NCBI GenBank assembly: GCA_022790975.1
Contig: JAAVYF010000015.1
Span: forward strand, 31,366 to 95,365
Reading direction: 5' to 3'
From: Clostridia bacterium
GTDB taxonomy: Bacteria; Bacillota; Clostridia; TANB77; CAG-508
Length of the DNA stretch: 64,000 nt
A program made the translations under genes and the position numbers. Within the stretch, counting starts at the first letter, position 1. Each line of letters begins with the position of its first letter. Below the pieces are notes generated by a model. The model worked only from the letters and a program-made list of their open reading frames with translations, ran no database searches and was not told the origin of the DNA. This document shows, piece after piece, positions 34,986 through 44,985 of this stretch.

Positions 34986-36582
34986 TTAAGATCTCTTACT
35001 AGCTTTTATAAATTCTCTAAAAAGTGGAGCTGGTCTATCTGGTCTTGATTTAAATTCTGGATGAAATTGACCAGCTATAAAAAATTTATGTGTTGGAATT
35101 TCCACTATTTCAACTAAATTTCCATCTGGAGAAGTACCAGAACATATCATTCCAGCAGTTTCTAACTTTTCTTTAAAATCATTATTATATTCAAATCTAT
35201 GTCTATGTCTTTCAGTTATATCTTCTTTTTCATAAATTTTATATGCTAAAGTATCTTTTTTTATATGACATGGATAACTTCCAAGACGCATTGTTCCACC
35301 TTTTTTGGTTATATCTTTTTGAGTTTCCATTATATGTATTACTTGATTTGGCGTTTTTGAATCAAATTCCTCTGAATTAGCATCTGGAAGATTCAAAACA
35401 TTTCTTGAAAATTCTACAACAGACATTTGCATTCCTAAACAAATTCCTAAAAATGGAATGTTATTTTCTCTTGCATATTTTATAGCTATAATCATTCCAT
35501 CTATACCTCTTTTACCAAATCCACCTGGAACTAAAATTCCATCATAATCTTTTAATGTTTTTGATACATTTTCTTCTGTTATATTTTCTGAATCTATAAA
35601 TCCAATGTTAACAGAAACTCCATTTGCAAATCCTCCATGTCTTAAGCTTTCAGCAACTGAAAGATATGAGTCATGAAGTTGCATATATTTTCCAACTATT
35701 GCAATTTTTACTTCACCTTTTAAATTTTTTATATTATTTATCATTAACTCCCAATCTTCATTTTTAGCTTCTATATTATCTAAATGTAAATGTTTACAAG
35801 CTGCTATTGCTAAACCTTGATTTTCAAGTAATAATGGTACTTCATATAAATTTGAAGCCGTTAAATTTGGAATAACATTTTCTGGTCTAACATTACAAAA
35901 TAAAGCTATTTTTTTTCTAGTATCTTCTGGAATTTCAATTTCACTTCTACAAACTAATATATCTGGCTTAATACCAAATGATTGTAATTCTTTAACTGAA
36001 TGTTGTGTTGGTTTAGATTTTAGCTCATCTGAACCAGAAATATATGGTAACAATGTAACATGAATATATAAAACATCTTCTGGATTTTTTTCTAATCCAA
36101 CTTGACGAATAGTTTCTACTAGTGCTAGTCCTTCTATATCTCCAACAGTTCCGACCTAGTTCTGTAATTACAATATCTACATCTGAATCTTCAAAACTAT
36201 ATATATTTTCTTTTATTTCATTTGTAATATGAGGAATAACTTGAACTGTTTTACCAAGATAATCTCCTCTTCTTTCCTTATTTAAAACACTCTGATAAAT
36301 TTTCCCTGATGTTATGCTACAATTTCTTGTTAAGTTAACATCTGTAAATCTTTCGTAATGACCTAAATCTAAATCTGTTTCAGCTCCATCATCTGTAACA
36401 AAAACTTCTCCATGTTCATAAGGACTCATAGTTCCCGGGTCTACATTTATATATGGATCAAATTTCTGATTAACAACTTTATATCCTCTGTTTTTCAATA
36501 ATCTTCCAAGTGATGCAGCAGTTATTCCCTTTCCAAGTCCTGATACAACTCCTCCTGTTACAAAAATATACTTTGTTCCCAT
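34986..36582 (-). CDS. pyrG: CTP synthase PyrG. It needs one +1 shift at in-frame CGG.
   Basis: [19 protein letters not shown].., ..ITELG[C][17 protein letters not shown].., and a glutaminase domain (GICLGMQ, HRHRFE). The site is at ccg 36151-36153. 531 aa after correction. Confidence 0.9.
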
Positions 36583-36693
36583 TTTTTTCTCCCTTCTTAT
36601 TATGCTTCAATAACCCTTTTATAAAGATGATATAAATTTTGATAAATTCACATCATAGGAATTTAAAATTTTTTTTACTATATAAAAAAACAA

Positions 36694-36735
36694 AAAACAG
36701 ATTTAAAAAAGGGTTTTTTTTTTCAAATCTGTTTT
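36694..36735 (-). terminator. Rho-independent terminator after the LRR gene
   Basis: AAAACAGATTT / AAATCTGTTTT stem followed by a T-rich tract on the minus strand. Confidence 0.55.
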
Positions 36736-36899
36736 AATTTTCATTTCTTCGACACAATTATTGTATCATCTTAAATGTAAAAAATCAAGCTTTTTTTATT
36801 TATTTAAAAAACTATAGATATTATTTCTAAATACTAATAATTAATTAGTTTAATATTATGATAAAATAACACATTATAAATTTATTATAATACTATTAT

Positions 36900-38828
36900 T
36901 TAATTATTCCACTTTATTGCTCTATCACCATATACACACCCCCATGGTGAACCTAATATACTACCACTTTCTTTTTTTATTAAAATCTCTCTTAAATTTT
37001 TACATGCTATAAATGCATTTTCTTTAATAACGCTTACACTACTTGGTATTTCTAATCTCTCTAATATGTCACACTCTCTAAATGCTTCCTCTTTTATTAT
37101 TGTTATTGTTTCTGGCAATAATACTTCTTTTAATTTGGTTTTTCTAAAAAATGCACGTGCTTCTATTTCTACTACTCCATACAGTATTTCAAAACTTTCT
37201 GTATTTACATTGCAAACTAATACTAATTTGGTTTTGTCTTTACTATAAATTGCTCCATTTTCTGACATATATACTAAATTTTCATTATCTATTTCAATAT
37301 TTTGTAATGAATCATTATAAGCAAAAGCAAAACTATCTATATTATTAACATTCTTTCCTAATTTTAGATATGTTAAACTATTAAATACATTAAAAGCTCC
37401 TGCACCTATCATTTCAAGTGAGTTTGGTAGATTTAGTACTTTTACATTATTAAGATTATTTCCTCCTATATAAGCTGGAATTGTAGAAATTCCTTCTTCT
37501 ATAGTAATAGTTTCTTCATTTTTATAACACATATATAATATTTTTTTATCTTTACTGCAGACTTGTCCATTTATAGATATAAAATAATTGTTACTTTCAT
37601 CTATTAGTATTTCTTCTATTCCACTAGGGAAAAAGACTGCATTTATTTCTTTTACACTTTCAGGTACTATTACTCTTTTTATTTGCGAAAATGCAATCAA
37701 AACACCTTCTTCTAATTTTTCTACTGTTTCTGGTATAGTAAAATTACCATTTTGTATAGCACTTGTTGTTACTAACACTATTATTTTCTTATTTTCTCCT
37801 AATAATATACCATTTTGATTTATAAAATTTATGTTTTCAGAACTAATTTGTAAATTGTCTATATTAACATAAGAAAAAGAGCTCTTGCCTATTTTTTCAA
37901 GACTTTTTGGGAATGTAATTTTTTTTAAATTAACACAATTTTGAAAAACATTATCACCAATTTCTTTTATACCTTCTGGTATTATAATTTCTTTTAAATT
38001 TGAACATTTAATAAAAACTCCATTTTCCAATTTTACTATATTGTTAGAAAGCGATACATCACTTAATGAATTACATCCACTAAACGCATATCTCCCAATT
38101 TTTTTTACTGTATTTGGAATATAAATTTTTTTTAAATTACTACATTCACAAAATGCACTATTTCCTATAATTTCTAATCATTTATTACCATCAGTTAATA
38201 TTATTACTTCTTCTAAAGTAGCATTTGCATAAAAAGCATTTTGTCTTATTTCTTTTACTGTTGAAGGAATTATTATTCTTTTCATTCCATTTACATTTGC
38301 AAATGTTCTTTCTCCTATTGATGTTACACTTTCGGGAACAACTATTGTTCCTGTATTTTCATCCATAAGCATTAAATTAGTATCTGATGATAAAAGTACT
38401 CCATCTACTATTAAATATGGATTTATTTTTATTCCTATTTCAAGAGCCCATTTTAATTCCTTTTCGTTTTGACTATTATAAATTAACTCACCTTTAATAA
38501 TTTCAAAACATTCAACATATTTTTCATTTGAATTTGTCAAAATTGTTTTAATATTCCCATTTTCATCTTCTGGCTTTGTATTATAAGTTAATAAATTTTT
38601 TCCTGCATTCAAAGTTCCAAGTTCAAAATTATCATTTTCTAAAGATTTATTATTTACATATAATTTAAATTCTTCCTCTATTTTTGCTAATTCTGTTTTA
38701 AATTTTGTTTCCTGAGCTTTATTTAATATTCCACTATCTCCTATTAATAAAAAAATTCCTGCTAATATAATTAAAATAATAATAGTAATTATTAAAGTAA
38801 TAAGTGTAATTCCGCTATCTTTTCTCAT
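36900..38828 (-). CDS. Surface protein: pilin-like N-terminal signal plus BspA-type leucine-rich repeats. It is interrupted by one in-frame TGA (38178-38180).
   Basis: ORFs 38178-38828 and 36900-38030 are in the same frame. The 147 nt between them are open and continue the LRR pattern (..LEIIGNSAFCECSNLKKIYIPNTVKKIGRYAFSGCNSL..). Confidence 0.55.
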
Positions 38829-38831
38829 TCT

Positions 38832-39263
38832 TTATTTCTCCTTTATAGAAAATAATTTATCTATAGTATAAGTATCAACTTTAGAAAGCATATATTTATA
38901 TATACGGTCAATTTCCCTATTATCTTCAATTTTATTTACAAAAATTTTATATGGCTTTTCTAGTGTTTTTGAGTATAAAATGAAAACTTTATCCTTTCTT
39001 TCAATCTTTTTTAAATCATCCCAATTAACAAATCCATATTTCTCGCATTTAAAACCACTTTTTGATACATTCATAATATCATAATTAATATTTTCAAAAA
39101 CTACATAAATTACAAACATTATACAAGTTTGAACAATTAACTCAGAATTATGTAATACCAAACCTATTATTAATAAAAATATAGAATATATTAAAACAAC
39201 AAAATTTAATATATATAATTTCTCTGATAGCTTAGTATTTAAAATCATATTTGTTTCACTCAT
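38832..39263 (-). CDS. Hypothetical membrane protein
   Basis: 143 aa, with two predicted TM helices and then a small soluble domain. Confidence 0.45.
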   Translation of the reverse strand: MSETNMILNTKLSEKLYILNFVVLIYSIFLLIIGLVLHNSELIVQTCIMFVIYVVFENINYDIMNVSKSGFKCEKYGFVNWDDLKKIERKDKVFILYSKTLEKPYKIFVNKIEDNREIDRIYKYMLSKVDTYTIDKLFSIKEK

Positions 39264-39388
39264 TAAAATATCTCCTATCTTTTTAAATATAAATTAAACT
39301 TAATATTTAAAATTTATATTTATTTTCTCATTTGTTAAACAATAATTGTATATTTTATTTTTATATTTATAATATTTTATTAAATAGT

Positions 39389-40309
39389 TTATATTTTTCT
39401 TTGTTTTACTGCTTCATATATAACAATACCAGCAGAAACAGATGCATTTAAAGATGTAATCTTCCCAAACATTGGAATTTTAATTAAGATATCTGTATTT
39501 TGTTTTACTAATCTATTCATTCCATTTCCTTCACTACCTATAATTATAGCAAGTGGACCTTTTAAATCCTGATCATAATAATATGTATCACCTTCTCCAT
39601 CAGTTCCAATAATCCATAAACCTTTTTCCTTTAAATATTTAATTGTTTCATTTAAATTATTTACTCTTGCTACTTTTACATATGTAGTTGCTCCAGCTGA
39701 CGTTTTGCTTACAGTACTATTAACTTGTACATTTCTTCTTTTAGGAATTATTATTCCATGTACTCCAGCAGTTTCTGCAGTTCTAATTATAGCTCCTAAA
39801 TTATGAACATCTTCAATACCATCTAGTATAATTATAAATGGGTCTTCTTTTCTTTCTTCTGCAACTTCTAAAATATCATCTACATCACAATAATTAAACG
39901 GTGGCACAACAGCAACAACACCTTGATTTGACTCTGCCATCATATCTAATTTTTGTTTTGGAACTTCTACTAAAACAACTTTCTTTTCATTAGCTCTAGC
40001 ATAAATCTCACTAATAGAACCATGTTTTTCTCCACGTTCTATATATAATTTATTTATATCTTTATCAGATTTTAAAAGTTCTAATACTGCATTTCTACCA
40101 GCTACAACATCTTCATATATTTTTTCTTCTTTTTCATCATTTACAATAGTTTTAAAATTATCTTTATTTTTAAAACTATCTCTTTTCTTAAAATCTCTAT
40201 TTTCATTTTTATTATATATTTTATTGTTTCTCTTTTCAATATTTTTTTCTTGCTTTTCTTTATTTATTCTTGCCTTACGTGATTGTTTTGCTCTATATGA
40301 TTCTCTCAT
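39389..40309 (-). CDS. rlmB: 23S rRNA (guanosine-2'-O)-methyltransferase, RlmB/TrmH (SpoU) family, with a K/R-rich N-terminal extension
   Basis: SpoU substrate-binding region (GRNAVLELL) and SpoU methylase motifs (LDGIEDVHNLGAIIRTAE, IIGSEGNGM, IPMFGKITSLNASVSAGI). Confidence 0.8.
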   Translation of the reverse strand: MRESYRAKQSRKARINKEKQEKNIEKRNNKIYNKNENRDFKKRDSFKNKDNFKTIVNDEKEEKIYEDVVAGRNAVLELLKSDKDINKLYIERGEKHGSISEIYARANEKKVVLVEVPKQKLDMMAESNQGVVAVVPPFNYCDVDDILEVAEERKEDPFIIILDGIEDVHNLGAIIRTAETAGVHGIIIPKRRNVQVNSTVSKTSAGATTYVKVARVNNLNETIKYLKEKGLWIIGTDGEGDTYYYDQDLKGPLAIIIGSEGNGMNRLVKQNTDILIKIPMFGKITSLNASVSAGIVIYEAVKQRKI

Positions 40310-42132
40310 TATTTATTCTCCTCATCTCCAAGTTTTAGTACTGATAAAAACGCTTCTTGTGGAACTTCTACATTTCCTATTTGACGCATTTTTTTCTTAC
40401 CCTTTTTTTGTTTTTCTAAAAGTTTTTTCTTTCTTGTAATATCTCCTCCATAACATTTTGCCAAAACATCTTTTCTAACTGCAGAAATTGTTTCTCTTGC
40501 AATAATTTTTCCTCCTACAACAGCTTGAATAGGAATTTCAAAAAGTTGTCTTGGTATAACTGTTTTTAATTTTTCTGCCATTTTTCTACCTCTTTCATAA
40601 GCAGAGTTTTTATGAACAATAAATGAAAGAGCATCAACAGCTTCATTATTAATATGAATATCTAATTTTACAAGATCTGATTTCTTATATTCTTTAAATT
40701 CATAATCAAGTGAAGCATAACCTTTAGTTTTTGATTTTATAGTATCAAAAAAGTCATATATAATTTCATTTAATGGCATATCGTATTCTAAAGTTACTCT
40801 ATCTTCATCTAAATAACGCATATCAATATAAGTTCCTCTTCTATTTTGACATGCTTCCATAACATTACCAACAAATTCTTTTGGTATCATTATTTCAACT
40901 TTCATAATAGGTTCTTCAACATATTTTATTTCAGTAGATGCAGGTAAATCCATAGGATTATATATTTCTAATATTTCATCAGAATTTTTATATACTTTAT
41001 AAATAACTGATGGAGCTGTTGTAATTAAACCTAAATCAAACTCTCTTTCAATTCTTTCCATTATAATTTCTAAATGTAAAAGTCCTAAAAAACCACATCT
41101 AAAGCCAAACCCTAAAGCAACTGATGTTTCTGGTTCATAATTTAATGCAGCATCATTTAATTTTAATTTTTCTAATGCTTCTTTTAATGGTTCGTATTCA
41201 CTTCCATCAACAGGATACAATCCACAATAAACCATAGAATTAGCTTTTTTATAACCAGGAAGTGGTTCTTTTGCTGGATTATTTTTTAAAGTTATTGTAT
41301 CTCCAACATTAAGGTCTGATACCGTTTTAACACTAGCTGCAATATAGCCAACTTCTCCAACTTCTAAATGACTAGTTGGAACATAAGAACCTGCTCCAAA
41401 ATATCCAACTTCTGTAACAGTAAATACTTTTCCAGTTGCCATAAATAAAATTTCATCATTTGGTTTAATTTTTCCATTTTTTATTCTAACAAATGCAATT
41501 GCTCCTTTATAATTATCATAATAAGAATCAAAAATTAAAGCTTGTAATTGAGAATCTATATCTCCTCTTGGAGCTGGTATATCAGTTACTATTCTTTCTA
41601 ACACTTCTTCTACATTTAAACCTGTTTTAGCAGATATACATGGTGCATCTTCTGCTGGAATTCCTATTATATCTTCAATTTCTTTTTTTACAAAATCTGG
41701 TCTTGCATTTGGAAGGTCAACTTTATTAATTACAGGTAATATTTCTAAATTATCATCAATTGCTAAATATACATTTGCAAGAGTTTGAGCTTCTACTCCT
41801 TGAGTACTATCTACAACTAAAATAGCTCCTTCACAAGCGGCTAAACTTCTTGAAACTTCATAATTAAAATCTACATGTCCTGGAGTATCTATTAAATTAA
41901 ATTCATATGTTTTTCCATTTTTAGCTGTATAATTCATTTTCACAGCTTGAGATTTTATTGTAATTCCTCTTTCACGCTCGATATCCATATTATCTAAGAG
42001 TTGCTCTTCCATATCTCTTTTGGCAACAGCACCTGTCATTTCTATAATTCTATCTGCTAAAGTTGATTTACCATGATCTATATGAGCAATTATACTAAAG
42101 TTTCTAATTAATTCTTGTTTTGAATTATTCAT
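40309..42132 (-). CDS. lepA: Translation elongation factor 4 (LepA)
   Basis: [33 protein letters not shown], and the LepA C-terminal domain. Confidence 0.95.
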   Translation of the reverse strand: MNNSKQELIRNFSIIAHIDHGKSTLADRIIEMTGAVAKRDMEEQLLDNMDIERERGITIKSQAVKMNYTAKNGKTYEFNLIDTPGHVDFNYEVSRSLAACEGAILVVDSTQGVEAQTLANVYLAIDDNLEILPVINKVDLPNARPDFVKKEIEDIIGIPAEDAPCISAKTGLNVEEVLERIVTDIPAPRGDIDSQLQALIFDSYYDNYKGAIAFVRIKNGKIKPNDEILFMATGKVFTVTEVGYFGAGSYVPTSHLEVGEVGYIAASVKTVSDLNVGDTITLKNNPAKEPLPGYKKANSMVYCGLYPVDGSEYEPLKEALEKLKLNDAALNYEPETSVALGFGFRCGFLGLLHLEIIMERIEREFDLGLITTAPSVIYKVYKNSDEILEIYNPMDLPASTEIKYVEEPIMKVEIMIPKEFVGNVMEACQNRRGTYIDMRYLDEDRVTLEYDMPLNEIIYDFFDTIKSKTKGYASLDYEFKEYKKSDLVKLDIHINNEAVDALSFIVHKNSAYERGRKMAEKLKTVIPRQLFEIPIQAVVGGKIIARETISAVRKDVLAKCYGGDITRKKKLLEKQKKGKKKMRQIGNVEVPQEAFLSVLKLGDEENK

Positions 42133-42268
42133 ACTTCCTCCATTTCAAGACTTCAATTTCATTTAAAATAAACATAATTATTATAACATACTCATACAAG
42201 TCTAGCAATAGCTTTTGAACTTATTTAGTTTCTTCTACCTCTACCTTATTTAGTTTAATATTTTCTGG

Positions 42269-44033
42269 CTATTTTACTTGCCATAATAAACATACATATC
42301 CATTATTATATTTAGAATTTAATGTCCATATTCCTTTTCTAATTGCGTCAAATCTATTAATTAAAGAATTATTATCAGATATAGGAGCTTTAAATAAATA
42401 TTCTGCTTTTCCAAATCCATATCCACTATTATTTGTTCTTCCAGAAATATAATAACAATCTGTTACTGATGAATAACTAGAAACAATTTGATTAATTTTA
42501 TTTCCATTAACAATTCCTATATTATAGCAAAACATTATATTATTATGATTTTCAGCTTTTTTAACTGCATAATCAAAATATGTTCCTCCAAGTATTCCTC
42601 CATTAAATGTTTTTGAAGATGTAACTGCACCAGTATTATAACAATTTCTTATTCCTATTGTTTTACTTTCATTTCCCCAAGCGCCTCCACAAATTCCTCC
42701 TATACAATTTACTCCTTCAATTTTTCCAATATTATAACAATATCCAATAACTAAATCTCCACTATTCATATCTGTACTAAAACCAGATATACCTCCAGCA
42801 AATTCATTTACAGTAGAGATATTTGCTACATTTCCACTATATAATACACATCCTCCCTGATTATATCCACTAATTCCACCTGCAAATTGATTACATGTTA
42901 TATCATTATAATTCATACAATATTGTATAATTCCACAATTAATACCAGTAACTCCTCCCCAGTAATAACCATTTCCATATATTGTAACTCTTAAATTGCA
43001 ATGTTCTATTGTTCCATAATTTTTACCGAACTATTCCACCTCTATTTTCTCCAGAATTTCCATAAATTTTTCCATCTAAACTTAAGTTTGAAATTTTCCC
43101 ACTATTTACCCCAAAAAGTCCTGCAAAATTAATAGAGCTATTTATGTATAGATTTGAAATAGTATGTCCATTACCATAAAAATTCCCTGAAAATTGTTGA
43201 TATTTTGAACCAATAGGAGTCCAACTATTAAAACCTTCATGACAAGTATCATACATATTTAAATCATTTAATAAAAAAATATCTTTTCCATTAAATGTTT
43301 TACTATTGCTATTTACCATATCTCTAAACTTAACTAAATCTTTTAAATTATATATTCTTGAAGTATTAGGAACAACTAAATTTGATTTCATAGAATTTCC
43401 TAAAAAATCTTTTGCTACAATATAACAATTTTCATAAAATGGTAAATCCTTAATTGGAACTTCCAATATTTCTGTATATGATTTTGCAAATAACTTAGAA
43501 TATGTATATGTTTTATATAAATTATCGTTTATATAAACATTAATTTCAGAAACTCCTACTAATTTATCTGTTGCAGTAATTGTAAATATTGCTCCATTAT
43601 CATCAGCTAAGCTTGCAGAAAAATCAATATTATTAAATTCTTTATCTATCAAAAACACATATATTGTATCATTATTATAAAAATCTTCTACTTTAATTTT
43701 ATACCAGCCACTATTTTTAAATTCAGTTCCACTTTCAAAGTCTGTACCTTCACCATTAAAATTATTTTTTTCTGAATTAAACCAATATTTAGCATATTTA
43801 ACTTTCAAATTATCATCATAATTTATAATAACATTTTCAGAAAATCTTTGATTATAAAAATCTTGATTCATTCCATTTATAGTAGGATTTTCATTATCTG
43901 CATTTTGAATTTGAATTATTGTTTCTTTGCTATTTACAACATATTTGGCATAAATTTTTATTTGTTTAAAATTTATTATTATAAAAACAATTATATTAAC
44001 TATTAAAATTCTTTTTAAAAAATTTTTTATCAT
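42269..44033 (-). CDS. Secreted GLUG-motif repeat protein (adhesin-like). It needs one +1 shift at in-frame CGG.
   Basis: Signal peptide, then an N-terminal beta-rich region, then GG(I/V)xG..N.G.I..C repeats. The fragments join as ..GENRGGIV[C]GKNYGTIEHCNL.. The site is placed at 43026-43028 from the ORF-track frame; my by-eye base count in this line was off by one. Confidence 0.55.
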
Positions 44034-44560
44034 ATATTTACCTCCTCTTGAACTGCTTCTATTTTCAAATCAATTTTTAAATTTGGTTCCATTATTTCAT
44101 TTGAATTTATGTCATAATAAACATTAACTTTATAATCATTTTTTTCCTCTGACATCTTAAAATGCTCTGGTTCTATAATAGAATTATTTAAAAGTTTTAT
44201 TTCTTCTTCTAAATTATTATTTATTCTATAGAGTTTTATTTTAATAGGAGCATCTTTTTGAGAAAGTTCAAAACTAATATTATAGAAAAAAGATACTTCC
44301 GAAATAGATTGTTCTTCATAATTTTGAACAGAAAATTCATATTCAAAAACTTTTAAATTAAGAACTTCTATATTAAAAATTTCATTAACATTTACTAAAA
44401 AATATGGTTTTGCAATTCCAGATATAGAATGCATTTCAGAGATTCTAAAATATTTAGAATAAGTTTTTCCAATTTCTATTTGAATAATTAAAATACAACA
44501 AAAAATTACAAGAGCAGTTCTAAAATTAATAGCTCTTTTTCTTTTCAATATTTCCTCCAT
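44030..44560 (-). CDS. TasA/camelysin-like protein with a SipW-type signal peptide (tentative)
   Basis: The N-terminus RKRAINFRTALVIFCCILIIQIEIGKTYSKYF resembles the ..GGTxAxF.. signal class. 176 aa. The gene overlaps the downstream GLUG gene by 4 nt (ATGA). Confidence 0.4.
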   Translation of the reverse strand: MEEILKRKRAINFRTALVIFCCILIIQIEIGKTYSKYFRISEMHSISGIAKPYFLVNVNEIFNIEVLNLKVFEYEFSVQNYEEQSISEVSFFYNISFELSQKDAPIKIKLYRINNNLEEEIKLLNNSIIEPEHFKMSEEKNDYKVNVYYDINSNEIMEPNLKIDLKIEAVQEEVNI

Positions 44561-44706
44561 TTCAAATTAAATACAATTTCATTGAATTTCTAGTAATGAA
44601 TAACTACTAGAATAAAAAGAATAAAAATATTTTCGAACAAATATGCAATTATATTAGCATGCAAATATAATTTTGTCAAGTTATTTAATTTTTAAATTTT
44701 GAGATT

Positions 44707-44735
44707 TTTACATTACTACATAAAGATGTTATAAT
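44707..44735 (+). promoter_or_regulatory. Near-consensus sigma-A-type promoter with an extended -10
   Basis: TTTACA (44707-44712), 17 nt spacer, TGtTATAAT (44727-44735). The -10 lies inside the left arm of the inverted repeat. Confidence 0.4.
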
Positions 44736-44840
44736 ATATAATTTTTTGTATGACGCGCAGCGACCAACCAAATGGCGAATGGAGTGCTTGCTTTAGCAAG
44801 GACGACAGCAAGGAATAAAAAAATTATATATTATAACATC
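44725..44840. repeat. Perfect 23 bp inverted repeats flanking a GC-rich 70 bp core (unclassified element or structured RNA)
   Basis: GATGTTATAATATATAATTTTTT (44725-44747) and its exact reverse complement (44818-44840). The core is roughly half G+C by eye, in a genome that looks about one quarter G+C, and contains the hairpin CTTGCTttAGCAAG. Confidence 0.8.
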
Positions 44841-44875
44841 TAGTACATACTAAAAAATTTGAAAATTACTACAAA

Positions 44876-44923
44876 TTTATAAAAATCCGAATAAACAAAA
44901 TTATTTATTGTCTATTCGGATTT
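44876..44923 (-). terminator. Rho-independent terminator after spoIVA
   Basis: AAATCCGAATA / TATTCGGATTT stem followed by TTTTTAT on the minus strand. Confidence 0.7.
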
Positions 44924-44985
44924 AAATTAAAATTTAATATATTCAAAATCTAACCACTTCAAATTAAACTAATTTTTAAGGAAAT

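Noticed and set aside
38178-38180. TGA reassigned to Trp or Gly (genetic code 4 or 25) as the explanation for the in-frame TGA in the LRR gene.
   Set aside because: The tRNA-Trp in the window has anticodon CCA (it reads UGG only). TGA also terminates mutL, the M23 peptidase and the NadM-Nudix gene at sensible lengths.
43021-43082. An apparent 1 nt inconsistency between my by-eye base count in this line and the ORF-track frame for ORF 43023-44033.
   Set aside because: The ORF-track translation (..GENRGGIVR*) and its coordinates are internally consistent and computed, so I attribute the mismatch to my own reading of the T-run at the line boundary. The CGG site is therefore placed at 43026-43028, and this is not reported as a sequence feature.
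44770-44790. The string AATGGCGAATGG in the GC-rich core matches a stretch of the HDV ribozyme 3' region as I recall it, suggesting an HDV-like ribozyme.
   Set aside because: I could not find the complementary P1/P2 partner strands (for example, there is no GCACTCC upstream to pair with GGAGTGC). A 12 nt match alone is not evidence.
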